From Calditrichia bacterium (GTDB lineage: Bacteria; Calditrichota; Calditrichia; JAJRVZ01): a stretch of 64,000 bases of DNA. The notes below the pieces were generated by a model, which saw nothing but the letters and a program-made list of their open reading frames with translations, searched no databases and had not been told where the DNA came from. The stretch is from assembly GCA_963796965.1 (NCBI GenBank), contig CAWCNS010000004.1, positions 448,001 through 512,000 of the forward strand, given 5' to 3'. A program made the translations under genes and the position numbers. This document shows positions 1 through 10,662 of the stretch, piece after piece. Position 1 is the first letter of the stretch; each line of letters opens with the position of its first letter.

Positions 1-2
1 AT

Positions 3-1548
3 CTCTATCAAAATACCTATTACACCTATGATTTTTCATTCGTAAAAAATCCTGGTCTGTATTTTCTGAAATATGATAAACAGAAAGTAGGGCCTTTCAA
101 AATTTCTCCATCTGTTTTTCAGACTGCCTGGCAACCTACGTTAGACATCTATTTTCCGACACAGATGTGCCATGTTAAGGTGAAAGATTTCCTGAGGTTA
201 TGGCATGGGGCATGCCATCTTGACGATGCCCTTCAGTCACCTGTTGGACATACAGGCAAGGACGGCTACCTCCAGGGTCCGGAAACTCAGACGGCATTTA
301 AACCGAGCGAACATGTTCCGGGGATCAACTGGGGAGGTTGGCACGATGCAGCCGATTTTGACCTTCCTTCGGGCAGTATTTGTGAAACAGCTCTATGGAT
401 GGCTCTTGCCCAGGAGAAGTTTCAGACCACCCGGGATGTAACAACGGTGTTGCGCAAGGAGCGACTCGTAAATCTTTTCGAACCGGATGGCGAAAATGAT
501 ATGCTCCAACAGATTGCATTTGGTATGGAGTGGTTGTTGTCGGTAGTTAAACAGGTTGGACATGTTCCGGCGGGTGTGATAACCCATATCGGCCCGGATT
601 ACGGTTCTGCAGGAGACCCCGCGTCCATTACCGATGGCCTTCTATATGATCCAAAACTTGGAAAAACGGAAGAAAAGAATGGCTCTTCCGGCAAATTTGA
701 CGATCGTTGGATTTATACGGACAGAAATACGGGGGGACAATATCAGTTTGTGCAGATTGCTGCAATCTGCTCACGGTTGTTTCAGAATATAAACGATTCA
801 CTATCTTCGGAATGCCTTTTGCTTGCAGAAAAGATTTGGGATTATGAACAAAACAATGAACCGGTCAATTTTCCTGTAGCCTACCAACCCCAGGAGAATA
901 AATATCACTCATTGGAAATGGCTGCCGTATCAGAATTATACATCACCACTGGTAATCAAAAATACCGGGATAAGCTTATTAACTTTTATTCCTAAAATTA
1001 AGGAGATGCCGGTTCAGTACTTCAACCAGACAGGATTTAATCTTGTACGGGTGAAGGATAAAGTGAATGATACCAACTTTTCAGAGGTTCTTTTAGAAAA
1101 AGCAAGAGAGGTACGCCAGGATTTGCAAAAAGAATTAGATAAAACACCCTATAATGTAACCTTGCATCTTGGTTGGGGAAGTAATTGGTCTATTGCTAAA
1201 ATTGCCGCAAAATTATTCTACTTTATTGAGGCCTATCCTGATTTATTCGAGTCTGAGATTATGTACTCAACTGTAAATTTTGTACTTGGTGCCCATCCAG
1301 CCTCAAATCATTCCTTTGTGTCGGGTGTCGGCTCTAAATCTGCAACGCTGGTGTATGGTTTCAACAGGGCCGATAAAAGCTACCAGCCGGGCGGGGTGAT
1401 TTCGGGAGTGACTTTAGTAAAACCAGACTTTGTAGAGTATCGTGGCCGGGCATGGGACTGGTATCAGACAGAACATGTGATAAGTGGTAGTTCAGCTTAT
1501 ATATTTGATATCCTGGCGACTGAATATTTGTTAAATCTGAATAAATGA
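3..1548 (+). CDS. GH9-like glycoside hydrolase, 5'-truncated by the window edge; one frameshift near 985
   Basis: Frame is open from position 3 (YDFS..PG.Y Ig-like segment). GGWHDAAD resembles the GH9 GGWHDAGD motif, and the C-terminus has a GH9-like FVLGAHP..N.SFVSGVG...TEHVI segment. Removing one T from aacttttatt (~981-990) joins ORF 165-995 to ORF 1006-1548. Confidence 0.75.
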
Positions 1549-1776
1549 AGCTTCATCCCTTGTTAGACGGCTATCCAGTTTTCCGGACAATATTTTCAAG
1601 GCGGTATTCAAATCATTGCGCCGTGGAAAATTCATGAATTCTCGGTAAAAAGATGATGCTGATCAAATAGTTTCATTTGATACAAACTATAAAACAAAGG
1701 TTGTACGGTTTTTGAATTTATTGATATAGTCTTAGAAAAAGAAAGATGAGGTTAGACATGAATACTATGAGTCGTA

Positions 1777-3096
1777 GTGAAAAATTCAATTCAAATGTTT
1801 ATGAAGTACCTGATCATCATTTCGATAGTTTCGTTTACCTTGACTTTAAGCGCTCAGACAAGGTCGAATATTAATTCACCTCTGCTGTCAAAAGATTCTC
1901 CTGAGCATGTCGGCATGTCTGGCGAACGTCTGGCAAGAATTGATGCGATGTGTGAAGAAGCGGTTTCAAGCGGCGATATTCCCGGCGTAGTCGCTCTGGT
2001 AGCACGTAAGGGAAAAATCGTCTATCACAAAGCATTTGGATTGGCTGATAACCAGAGTGGCCGATCTTTAAAGACGGATGATATTTTCAGAATTGCTTCG
2101 CAATCTAAAGCGATAACGGCAACAGCAGTGATGATGCTGTGGGAGGAAGGAAAATTCAAACTGGATGATCCCATTTCAAAGTATATTCCTGAATTTAAGA
2201 ATCCACAGGTCCTGGAAAGTTTTCAATATAGTGATACCAGCTACAAAGCGGTGAAAGCCAGTGGAGAGATAACAATCAGGCACCTTCTTACTCATACATC
2301 GGGAATTGGTTATGGGATGATTGATGGCGATGAACGATTTAAAATGATTTATCAAAAAGCAGGAATAACAGATTTATTTACAACAGAAAATATAAGCATT
2401 GAAGAGAGTGTCAAAAAACTGGCCAAACTGCCCTTGCATCATAATCCCGGAGAAAAATTTACCTATAGTGAAGGACTTGATGTGCTTGGCTATTTTATAG
2501 AAGTAATGTCCGGCATGCCGTTCGATGTTTTTTTGAAAAAACGCCTTTTTGATCCGCTTGGTATGAATGATACCTGGTTTTATTTGCCTGAAGACAAAGC
2601 CAGTCGTTTAGTTTCAATACAATACAAATCAGAAAAAGGTGAATGGATTCGTTACCCGGTAACATTTTATGATCCTGATTATCCTGTCAAAGGCGCAAAA
2701 CGATTTTTTTCCGGCGGTGCAGGTCTGTCGAGCACGGCAAAAGACTATGCGACATTTTTACAAATGTATCTCAATAATGGTGAGTTAAATGGCATACGGA
2801 TTCTCAGCCGGACAACAATACAGTCTATGATGGCCAATCAGATTGGCGACTTATTGGGTGAAAATTCAGGTAGTTATTATGGTTTGGCATTTGGTGTTGT
2901 CAATCAGAAGGGTCAGGCGCTCGCCGGCAAAGGTAGTATTGGTACATTCGATTGGGGTGGGTATTTTAATACACAGTATTTTGCAGATCCTAAAGAGAAA
3001 ATCATTGGCGTATTGATGAAGCAGACACAAGACACCGTATCTGATGATACGGGTTGGATGTTCCGTTTACTGGTTGGACAAGCAGTAGATGATTGA
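1777..3096 (+). CDS. Secreted serine hydrolase, beta-lactamase/class C-like family
   Basis: FRIASQSK (SxxK), HLLTHTSG, PGEKFTYS, LFDPLGMNDT and WGG motifs; N-terminal signal peptide. The true start may be ATG 1795 or 1801. Confidence 0.85.
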   Translation: MKNSIQMFMKYLIIISIVSFTLTLSAQTRSNINSPLLSKDSPEHVGMSGERLARIDAMCEEAVSSGDIPGVVALVARKGKIVYHKAFGLADNQSGRSLKTDDIFRIASQSKAITATAVMMLWEEGKFKLDDPISKYIPEFKNPQVLESFQYSDTSYKAVKASGEITIRHLLTHTSGIGYGMIDGDERFKMIYQKAGITDLFTTENISIEESVKKLAKLPLHHNPGEKFTYSEGLDVLGYFIEVMSGMPFDVFLKKRLFDPLGMNDTWFYLPEDKASRLVSIQYKSEKGEWIRYPVTFYDPDYPVKGAKRFFSGGAGLSSTAKDYATFLQMYLNNGELNGIRILSRTTIQSMMANQIGDLLGENSGSYYGLAFGVVNQKGQALAGKGSIGTFDWGGYFNTQYFADPKEKIIGVLMKQTQDTVSDDTGWMFRLLVGQAVDD

Positions 3097-3212
3097 TTTG
3101 AAGAGGGATAAAATGAGAAAATCAGTTTTTTTATTAACTGTCGTGCTCTTCTGCCGAAGGCATCTCTTCGGGAGTGGTAAATAAAAAGATCCATGGATTT
3201 TTGGATTTATTA

Positions 3213-3238
3213 TTCTCTGCGTATCTTTGCGTTAGAAA
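3213..3238. repeat. Solo right arm of a CGCAAAG-type element
   Basis: ttctctgcgtat-ctttgcgttagaaa, similar to 31198-31215 and 58127-58140. Confidence 0.6.
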
Positions 3239-3311
3239 ATAATTGCGGTATTTATTAACATTATACTGAAATTAAATTTAGCATTACGAAGAATGGAATA
3301 AGGAGCATAAA

Positions 3312-4334
3312 ATGATTTTTCGCCAGATCTTTAGTAAAATAATATTCTTTTCAATATTTGCTTCGGTTTCATTCTGTTATGCAGGTGCAAATATCATCAA
3401 CAGCCCAGAAACGGAATGGTTTAAGAAGGCGGGATATGGTGTGTTTGTGCATTATTTATATGATATTCAGAATAATCCGGACGAATTACATAGTTTTGGT
3501 AAACAGACTTCCTGGGATGAATGTGTGAATGATTTTAATGTTAATATCTTTGCAAAGCAGATGTCGCAGGCAGGGGCGGGTTACGTGATTTTCACTATGC
3601 ATCAACGCACCCGGTTTTTAATTGCGCCCAATGCGACATTTGATAAGAAAACGGGTTATCGTCCCGGAGAGGCCTGCTCAACACGTGACCTTGTAAAAGA
3701 TCTCTACCAGGCATTAAATAAATATAATATTCCACTTTTGCTTTATTGGACAGGTGATGGTCCACGCCAGGATAAACAGGCCGCAACCGGGTTGAAATAT
3801 AATTTTAATACAGGTAATCATACACAAATCAATACAGAATTTATTATAAACTGGGCCGAAGTGGTAAGCGAATATGGCCAACGTTATAAGAACTAAGGTG
3901 GTTGGGTGGTGGGTTGACGGTTGCTATCAATCCATTGGGTACGATGAAAATAAATTGGCCATTTTGGCAAAGGGATTAAAAAGCGGTAATCCTGATCAGG
4001 ATTATTGCCCTAAATAATGGCGTCAGGACCAGATTAATTTTTATTCAAAATATGATGATTTTACATGCGGGGAGGCTTCAGAATTTAAAGAAATTCCAAA
4101 TGGTCCTCTGAAGAATGGCAAACAATGGCATATTCTTTCTTATTTCGGCACTTGGTGGTGTGCAGCCAGGCACTAGATTCAAAAAACCCTATATGATTGA
4201 TTACATTAAAAAAGTAAAATCCGGTGGGGGTGTTGTTTCCATCGATGTTATGCTTTATCGGGATGGTTCCATAGACCAAACCCAATTAGAGTCTGTTAAA
4301 AGCTATTAAAGCAGCAATAAGGATACAAAATTAA
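3312..4334 (+). CDS. Alpha-L-fucosidase-like (GH29-related TIM barrel), frameshifted
   Basis: WF..AGYGVFVH and AGAGYVIFT; the sequence continues after 3896 in another frame as VVGWWVDGCY (nucleophile-like) and later GGGVVSIDV. Several indels. Confidence 0.55.
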
Positions 4335-4516
4335 TACATACAAATCTAACCGAAACGACGACCGTCGCTGTCGTGTAGATTTTCAAGTATCTTGGTTACA
4401 ATATTTAGATTATCAATGTTGCACAATTTATTACGAATTGCATGAACTCTCCCCCCTTAAAGGGGCTGATACAAATTAGGATATTTACCTCAAACCGTAA
4501 GGGAGCAAATGCCTGT

Positions 4517-4602
4517 TTCCCCCTTGGAAAGGGGGGTTAGGGGGATGTAATTTCCTCTAAGTTATTTATTTACATCCCCGTAAGCCCCTTTCTAAGGGGG
4601 AA
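4517..4602. repeat. Inverted pair of C-rich/G-rich palindromic repeats
   Basis: ttcccccttggaaaggggggttagggggatgtaa (4517-4550) is close to the reverse complement of ttacatccccgtaagcccctttctaagggggaa (4570-4602). A partial copy lies at 4453-4465. Confidence 0.85.
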
Positions 4603-4705
4603 TAGTATTTTGCTTAATCGAGAGTATAGAGGGAATATGCTTGTCGGTTTTCTAAAATTAGATCGGGAAAATAAACATTTTTAAATCAAAAAAGGGAAAT
4701 ATAAA

Positions 4706-7338
4706 ATGAGAATAACTAACAGTACCCGTTTTTCATTAGTTTTAGGCTGGATTGTTTTATTACTTCTTGGATTTGCTAATGTCCCAACATCGCGCAGGAA
4801 TTGGAAAAAAATCCATTATACATGGATCATACAAAATCATTTGAAGTGCGTGTTGACGATCTGCTTTCTAAGAATGACATTAGAAGAAAAGCTTTCCCAG
4901 ATGATGAGCCGCACACCGGCCGATTTAACCCGCTTCGGTATTCCCGGTTACGAATGGTCCGGCCAGTCGGTGCTATTGTTGTGAATCCAGATATGGGGGA
5001 ACCGTTACTGATATTTCCCCATGCCTATTGCCCAGGCCTCAACTTGGAATAAAGAACTGATTCATAAAGTCGGCACAGCCATCTCAGACCGAATCCAGAG
5101 CACGGTTAATTATGGTTATCCAAGTGCCGGGCTAACTTTTTGGGCGCCGGTGGTGGAAATGGCCCGTGATCCACGCTGGGGAAGAAATCATGAGTCCTAT
5201 GGTGAGGATCCTTATTTGACATCACAAATTTCCCTGGGTTATGTAGAAGGAATTCAGGGAGATCATCCGCGCTATTTAAAGCCATTGCCGCACCAAAACA
5301 TTTTGCTGCCAATAATGAAGAATGGAACCGCCATAATGGTACTTCTGATATTGATGAACAACTTTTACGCGAATATTATTTATACCCGTATCAGGTTTTG
5401 GTAGAAGTGGGTAAGGCAGAATCAATGATGGCTGCTTATAATCGTTTAAACGGGGTTCCTTGTGCGGGAAACAAATTACTTCTTACTGATATTTTGCGGG
5501 GTGAATGGGGCTTTGATGGTAGTGTTGTCACGGATTGTAATGGTATTAAGGATCTTTTTGATGGTCACAAATATGTTGATACCGTTCAGGAAGCGATTGC
5601 TCTGGCGGTAAATGCTGGTATCGATATGGAATGTGGTGACTATTTTAAAAAGTATTTATTAGAAGTTGTGCAGAGCGGTAAAATATCGGAAAAGACCATT
5701 GATGTTGCTGTACGCCGTCTCCTTTTATCAAGGTTTAGATTAGGTTTGTATGATCCGCCTGAGTTGGTTCCCTTTAACAAAATTCCAATAGAAGTTATGG
5801 ATGGCCCGGCCCATCGTGCCTTGGCCAGAGAAACAGCCCGGCAGGCAATCATCTTACTAAAAAATAAAGACAATCTTTTACCGCTTGACAAAAATGATAT
5901 TAAAACTGTCGCTGTTATTGGACCGACGGCAGATGTATGCGCAATGGGTGGATATACGGGAAAGAATTCTGTAGTGGTCTCTCCCCTGGATGGTATAAAA
6001 AATAAGATTGACAGCAGTAAAGTTTGTTATGTAAAGGGGACAAATGTTAAAATTACCTTGCCAGTGATACCAACTGAATATTTAATGCCGCCAAATGCGA
6101 AAGACGGACAACATGGGTTGTTGGGAGAATATTTTAGCAATACCGAACTTTCCGGAGATCCTGTGTTCAGCCGGATTGATCCAGTCATCGATTTTAATTA
6201 CAGTAGAAGTTCACCAGATCCACAAATTGAAACCTGTTGATTATTATTCTATACGCTGGACAGGAAAGTTAATCGCCCCTGTTTCGGGACCCTATTATAT
6301 CGGCGGGGCTTTTGATGATGCGATTCGTCTTTATTTTGATGGTAAAAAGATAATCGATAAAACCTTAAATCGTAATCAGAATTCTGATGTAGCTAAAGAT
6401 TCAATTGGTAAAAGGGCAGCGATATGATTTGCGAATTGAATTTACTGAACATTGGTATAAATCGAAGATGCATGTTATGGGGGGCAGCCCAGGATCCGCA
6501 AAAATTCCGTGAAGCCGAAGATAGCAGCCAAAAAAGCCGACGTGGCCATTGTTGTAATCGGTACAGACGAAACGGTAGAAAAAGAAGGGGTTGATCGTTC
6601 AACTCTGGCCCTGCCCGGCGATCAGATGAGATCTGATAAAAGCCGATTTTAAAGCGAATCCAAAAACAATTGTGGTGATGCAAAATGGGAGTCCCCTGGC
6701 AATTAATTGGATCGAATGATAATATTCCTGCAATCCTGGAAACCTTCTATAATGGTGAAGAGGGCGGTAATGCCTTGGCTGATGTCCTTTTTGGCGACTA
6801 TAATCCGGCCGGCCGATTACCTCAGACATTTTACAGATCCGATGAGCAATTACCCTCGATCAGTGATTATGATATTCGAAAGGACGCACGTATATGTATC
6901 CGGTGAAAAATTTTGCTAGATCCGCAATCTCAGAATTGAAAAACCCCTTTACCCATTTGGATATGGATTGAGTTATACCGAATTTAAATATGGCACCTTT
7001 AAAATCATCTGCATGAAACTATCAACAACCGGATGAGCATAATTGCAGTGACAAAATCAAAATACAGGTGAACGTGTGGGGGACGAAGTGGTGCAACTCT
7101 ATATTCGTGATGAAGAGGCGACAGTTCACTCAGACCCATAAAACAATTGAAGGGTTTTGAACGAATTACTTGGAGCCAGGTGAAACCAAAGAAGTGATAT
7201 TTGAATTCAGGGCAAAAGATTTAAGTATATGGGATGTTGCCAGAAAAAATATTTGTTGTTGAGCCGGGAATGTTTGAGATCATGATTGGCGGTTCATCGG
7301 ATGATATTAAATCCAAAGCACGATTTAGAGTGGAATAG
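4706..7338 (+). CDS. GH3 beta-glucosidase/xylosidase with PA14 insert and Fn3-like C-terminal domain, multiple frameshifts
   Basis: [43 protein letters not shown]14-like [26 protein letters not shown] and EVVQLYIRD occur in successive frames. Stop TAG at 7336-7338. Confidence 0.9.
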
Positions 7339-7437
7339 GAAAAGAGGAATTAGGGATTGGTAATTCGGAATTGGACCAGGAGAGAAGAGATATAATAATG
7401 GGCTAAGTGGGTATGGTTCTCTAAAAAGATAAAAGAC

Positions 7438-7650
7438 TTACCACAAAGGACACAAAGTAGACACAGAGTCCACAGAGAAAAGATTTTTTCTATTTATTTT
7501 GTCTTGGTTTGTATAGATATGTGAATAGACATCCCCCTTTCTCCCCTTCCTTATAAAGGGGAATGAGGGGGGGCGGTACGTTTAAAACCCTGAAATTTCT
7601 TTGCTTTTCTCTTTGTCCTTTGTGCCTTCTTGGTGTACTTTGTGGTTAAA
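7438..7650. repeat. Tandem-unit inverted-arm element (CACAAAG type)
   Basis: Left arm ttaccacaaag-gacacaaag-tagacacagag-tccacagag (7438-7477); right arm ctctttgtc-ctttgtgcctt-cttggtgta-ctttgtggttaa (7609-7649). Confidence 0.85.
7529..7576. repeat. C-rich/G-rich palindromic repeat
   Basis: acatccccctttctccccttccttataaaggggaatgagggggggcgg, related to 59466-59514 and 4570-4602. Confidence 0.75.
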
Positions 7651-7713
7651 AAGCAGATAAACAATTAAGATAGATCATTATTAAATTTGACAGCATAATT
7701 TAACAGGAAAAAA

Positions 7714-9113
7714 ATGAAAAAACCTTTGTTAACACGACGCGATTTTGTCAAAATGAGCGGATTACTTGCTCTGGAAGCACCATTCATAAATCATTCCAGC
7801 GTTTCTGCAAAGAACTCCCCTGCCGTCACTGAAAAGATAAAAAAATCCACCAACGGCCCAAAGCCTCCTCCTGTCACGGCTATCGTTTTAGGCGCGGGAA
7901 ACCGGGGAAATACTTATGCTAAATATAGTTTAAAATTTCCGGATGAGTTAAAAATTGTCGGTGTTGCAGAGCCCATTGATTTCCGTAGGAGACGGTTTTC
8001 TGAGCAATATAATATTGCAGAAAAAAATCAGTGGGTTACCTGGGAGCATGTGTTACAGAATAAAAAGCTGGCTGATGTTTTGATTATCACGACACCGGAC
8101 CGTCTGCACCATGGCCCTGCAATGGGTGGGATGGACGTTAGGATATGATTTACTTCTGGAAAAAGCGATAGGGATAAATTGGGAAGAAGTGAATGATATC
8201 CTGCAATTGTCAAAAAGCGAAAGATAGTATTGTCGGAATTTGCCATGTGCTTCGTTATACCAATTATTATCGTCAACTGAAAAAAGTTGTGGATTCCGGT
8301 GTGTTGGGCCGGTTGCTTAGTATTGAACATACCGAAAAGATATCCATGGACCATTATACGCATTCATATATCCGCGGTAACTGGCGAACCAGCAAAGAAG
8401 CCGCCCCCATGCTGTTAGCAAAATCATGTCATGATCTGGATATTTTGCGTTGGATCATCGGAAAACCCTGTAAATATATTTCTTCGTTTGGTGCCCAAAC
8501 AATTTTTGTAAAAGAAAATGCCCCTAAGGGAAGTACTTTACGTTGTACAGATGGATGTACCATTGAATCACAATGCCATATGTCAGCACTTAAAAGATAT
8601 TATAAAAACAAGAAAAGCCTGAATCACCTGGCAATTGAGCATCATGATGATGCATCAGTCTTGCAGGCATTAAAAGAGGGGCCTTTCGGCAGGTGCGTCT
8701 GGCACTGTGATAATGATAGCGTTGACCACCAGGTGGTAGATATGGCGTTTGAGGATCAAATAACCGCTTCGTTTACATTGGGATTTTCTCCTTATTCAGG
8801 CAGAAGAACACGGATGAACGGGTCATTAGGGGCGATTGAGGGTAATTTTGATGAGGGCTTCACTGTTTGTGATATCCGTACAGGAGAAAAAACCCGTTAT
8901 GATAACGAGATGCCCGGGCAATTAGATTCAGGCCATGGAGGCGGTGATTTTGGTTTGGTTTATGATTTTGTCCGCGCTGTACAATCTCATGATCCGGCGA
9001 TATTAACGTCTTCGATCGATGAGTCAGCTGAAAGTCATCTAATGGGATACAAAGCGGAGGAAAGTCGACATACAAAAAAGACAATGGTTGTGAATATGGA
9101 TTTGTATAAATAA
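7714..9113 (+). CDS. Tat-exported Gfo/Idh/MocA family oxidoreductase, frameshifted ~8130-8190
   Basis: TRRDFVK Tat motif; VLGAGNRG; ITTPDRLH; HSYIRGNW; LLAKSCHDLD; GHGGGD. Confidence 0.85.
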
Positions 9114-9147
9114 GAGTTCGGGTTCATTTAAAATAGGAAATTAAATA

Positions 9148-10338
9148 ATGGCCAATAAACAGAATCATGCAATAAATCTAATTTTACGATTAGTGATTAT
9201 CCTATTGTTTGTAATGTGTTTTTCCACAATAGGTAATGCCGGAGAAATAAAGAAAGCGGATGAAGTAATAGAATATCCCTGGGCAATTGATGTTTTTGTC
9301 CGCGGAGGAAATGGTATATTTTTACACCGTATTCCGGCACTTGCCGTGACAATGAAGGGAACAATCCTCGCCTTATGTGATGCACGAATTGAAAAAGGTG
9401 ACGATCTTCCCAATAATATTGACCTCGCCCTGCGACGAAGTTTTGATCTGGGAGAAACATGGACCCCAATCCAGATTATAGCCGACTTTCCAGGTATGGA
9501 AGGAGCTGGTGATGCCAGTCTGCTTGTTGATCGGGATACAGGGCGGATTTGGGCTTTTTACGTCTACGGTCCTGAGGGCATTGGCTCTCGAACAAGTCAA
9601 CCCGGGATTGACGGGCCTACATTAAGTCTACATCTTATCCATAGTGATGATGACGGGGCTACCTGGTCTGAAGCAACCGACCTGAATCCGATGGTGAAAG
9701 ATCCTGCATGGAAAGCCGCATGGCCTTCTCCGGGTAGTGGGTTCCAGGCACGTTCGGGACGTCTTTACTTCCCAATAACGCAAGTCTCTGACGCGGCGTA
9801 TAGTCGCCTGGTCTACAGTGACGATCACGGGGTTTCATGGAAAATTACGGCCCCCATGGGACGAGACACGAACGAGTCCATGTGTGTAGAGCTGGATGAC
9901 GGAAGGCTGATGGCCAATATGCGCAGTACAATACTACAACAACGGGTGGTGGCTATATCGGATGATCAGGGCCATTCCTGGGAACCTATGGATGATGGTG
10001 AAAAATTAATCGGCCCCCAATGTCAGGCCAGTTTGATACGCTACTCTTCGTTATCAAATGGTGATGATAAAAACCGCCTGCTTTTCTCCAATCCAGCTAG
10101 TACCAAACGAGAAAATATGACGATACGGATGAGTTATGACGAAGGGAAAACCTGGCCTGTTTCGAAGACAATATACCACGGTCTGGCGGGCTACTCAAGC
10201 CTTGCTGTGCTGCCGGATGGCTCAGTTGGGATGTTGTACGAACACGGTTCCCAACATGATACAGATCAACTCAACTTTGTACGCTTTACGATAGAATGGC
10301 TAACAGATGGCAAGGATAAAGGCCTGAATAAAGATTGA
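9148..10338 (+). CDS. Exo-alpha-sialidase (GH33)
   Basis: HRIPAL (RIP motif); repeated Asp boxes SFDLGETW, SDDDGATW, SDDHGVSW, SDDQGHSW, SYDEGKTW; AGYSSL; signal peptide. Confidence 0.9.
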   Translation: MANKQNHAINLILRLVIILLFVMCFSTIGNAGEIKKADEVIEYPWAIDVFVRGGNGIFLHRIPALAVTMKGTILALCDARIEKGDDLPNNIDLALRRSFDLGETWTPIQIIADFPGMEGAGDASLLVDRDTGRIWAFYVYGPEGIGSRTSQPGIDGPTLSLHLIHSDDDGATWSEATDLNPMVKDPAWKAAWPSPGSGFQARSGRLYFPITQVSDAAYSRLVYSDDHGVSWKITAPMGRDTNESMCVELDDGRLMANMRSTILQQRVVAISDDQGHSWEPMDDGEKLIGPQCQASLIRYSSLSNGDDKNRLLFSNPASTKRENMTIRMSYDEGKTWPVSKTIYHGLAGYSSLAVLPDGSVGMLYEHGSQHDTDQLNFVRFTIEWLTDGKDKGLNKD

Positions 10339-10394
10339 TCCATTTGGATGCGAGACGGTCTTTGACCGTTCAGATTGAAAAAAACATAAAGGAT

Positions 10395-10495
10395 TTACCA
10401 CAAAGATCACGAAGAAGACACAAAGATCACAAAGTTTTTATTAAGAATATTTTCTTTGTGTACTTTGCGCTTTCTTGGTGCTCTTAGTGTTTAAA
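10395..10495. repeat. Tandem-unit inverted-arm element (CACAAAG type)
   Basis: Left ttaccacaaag-atcacgaag-aagacacaaag-atcacaaag; right ctttgtgta-ctttgcgcttt-cttggtgct-cttagtgtttaa. Confidence 0.85.
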
Positions 10496-10662
10496 AATCG
10501 GATATACAATTAATTAGATCATGAAATAATTGATAACGTCTATCTAAACATAATAATCGTAAATGTTTTTTAAGATTACCCACCATAGGAGGGTCCGAAA
10601 AATACTCTAAGGGCTCTGTGGTTATTTTTTCACACTTTCATCTTTTATTGTAGGAGATACTA

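Noticed and set aside
1777..3096. Antibiotic-resistance beta-lactamase
   Set aside because: The motifs fit the broad serine-hydrolase/esterase family; nothing specifically indicates AmpC activity.
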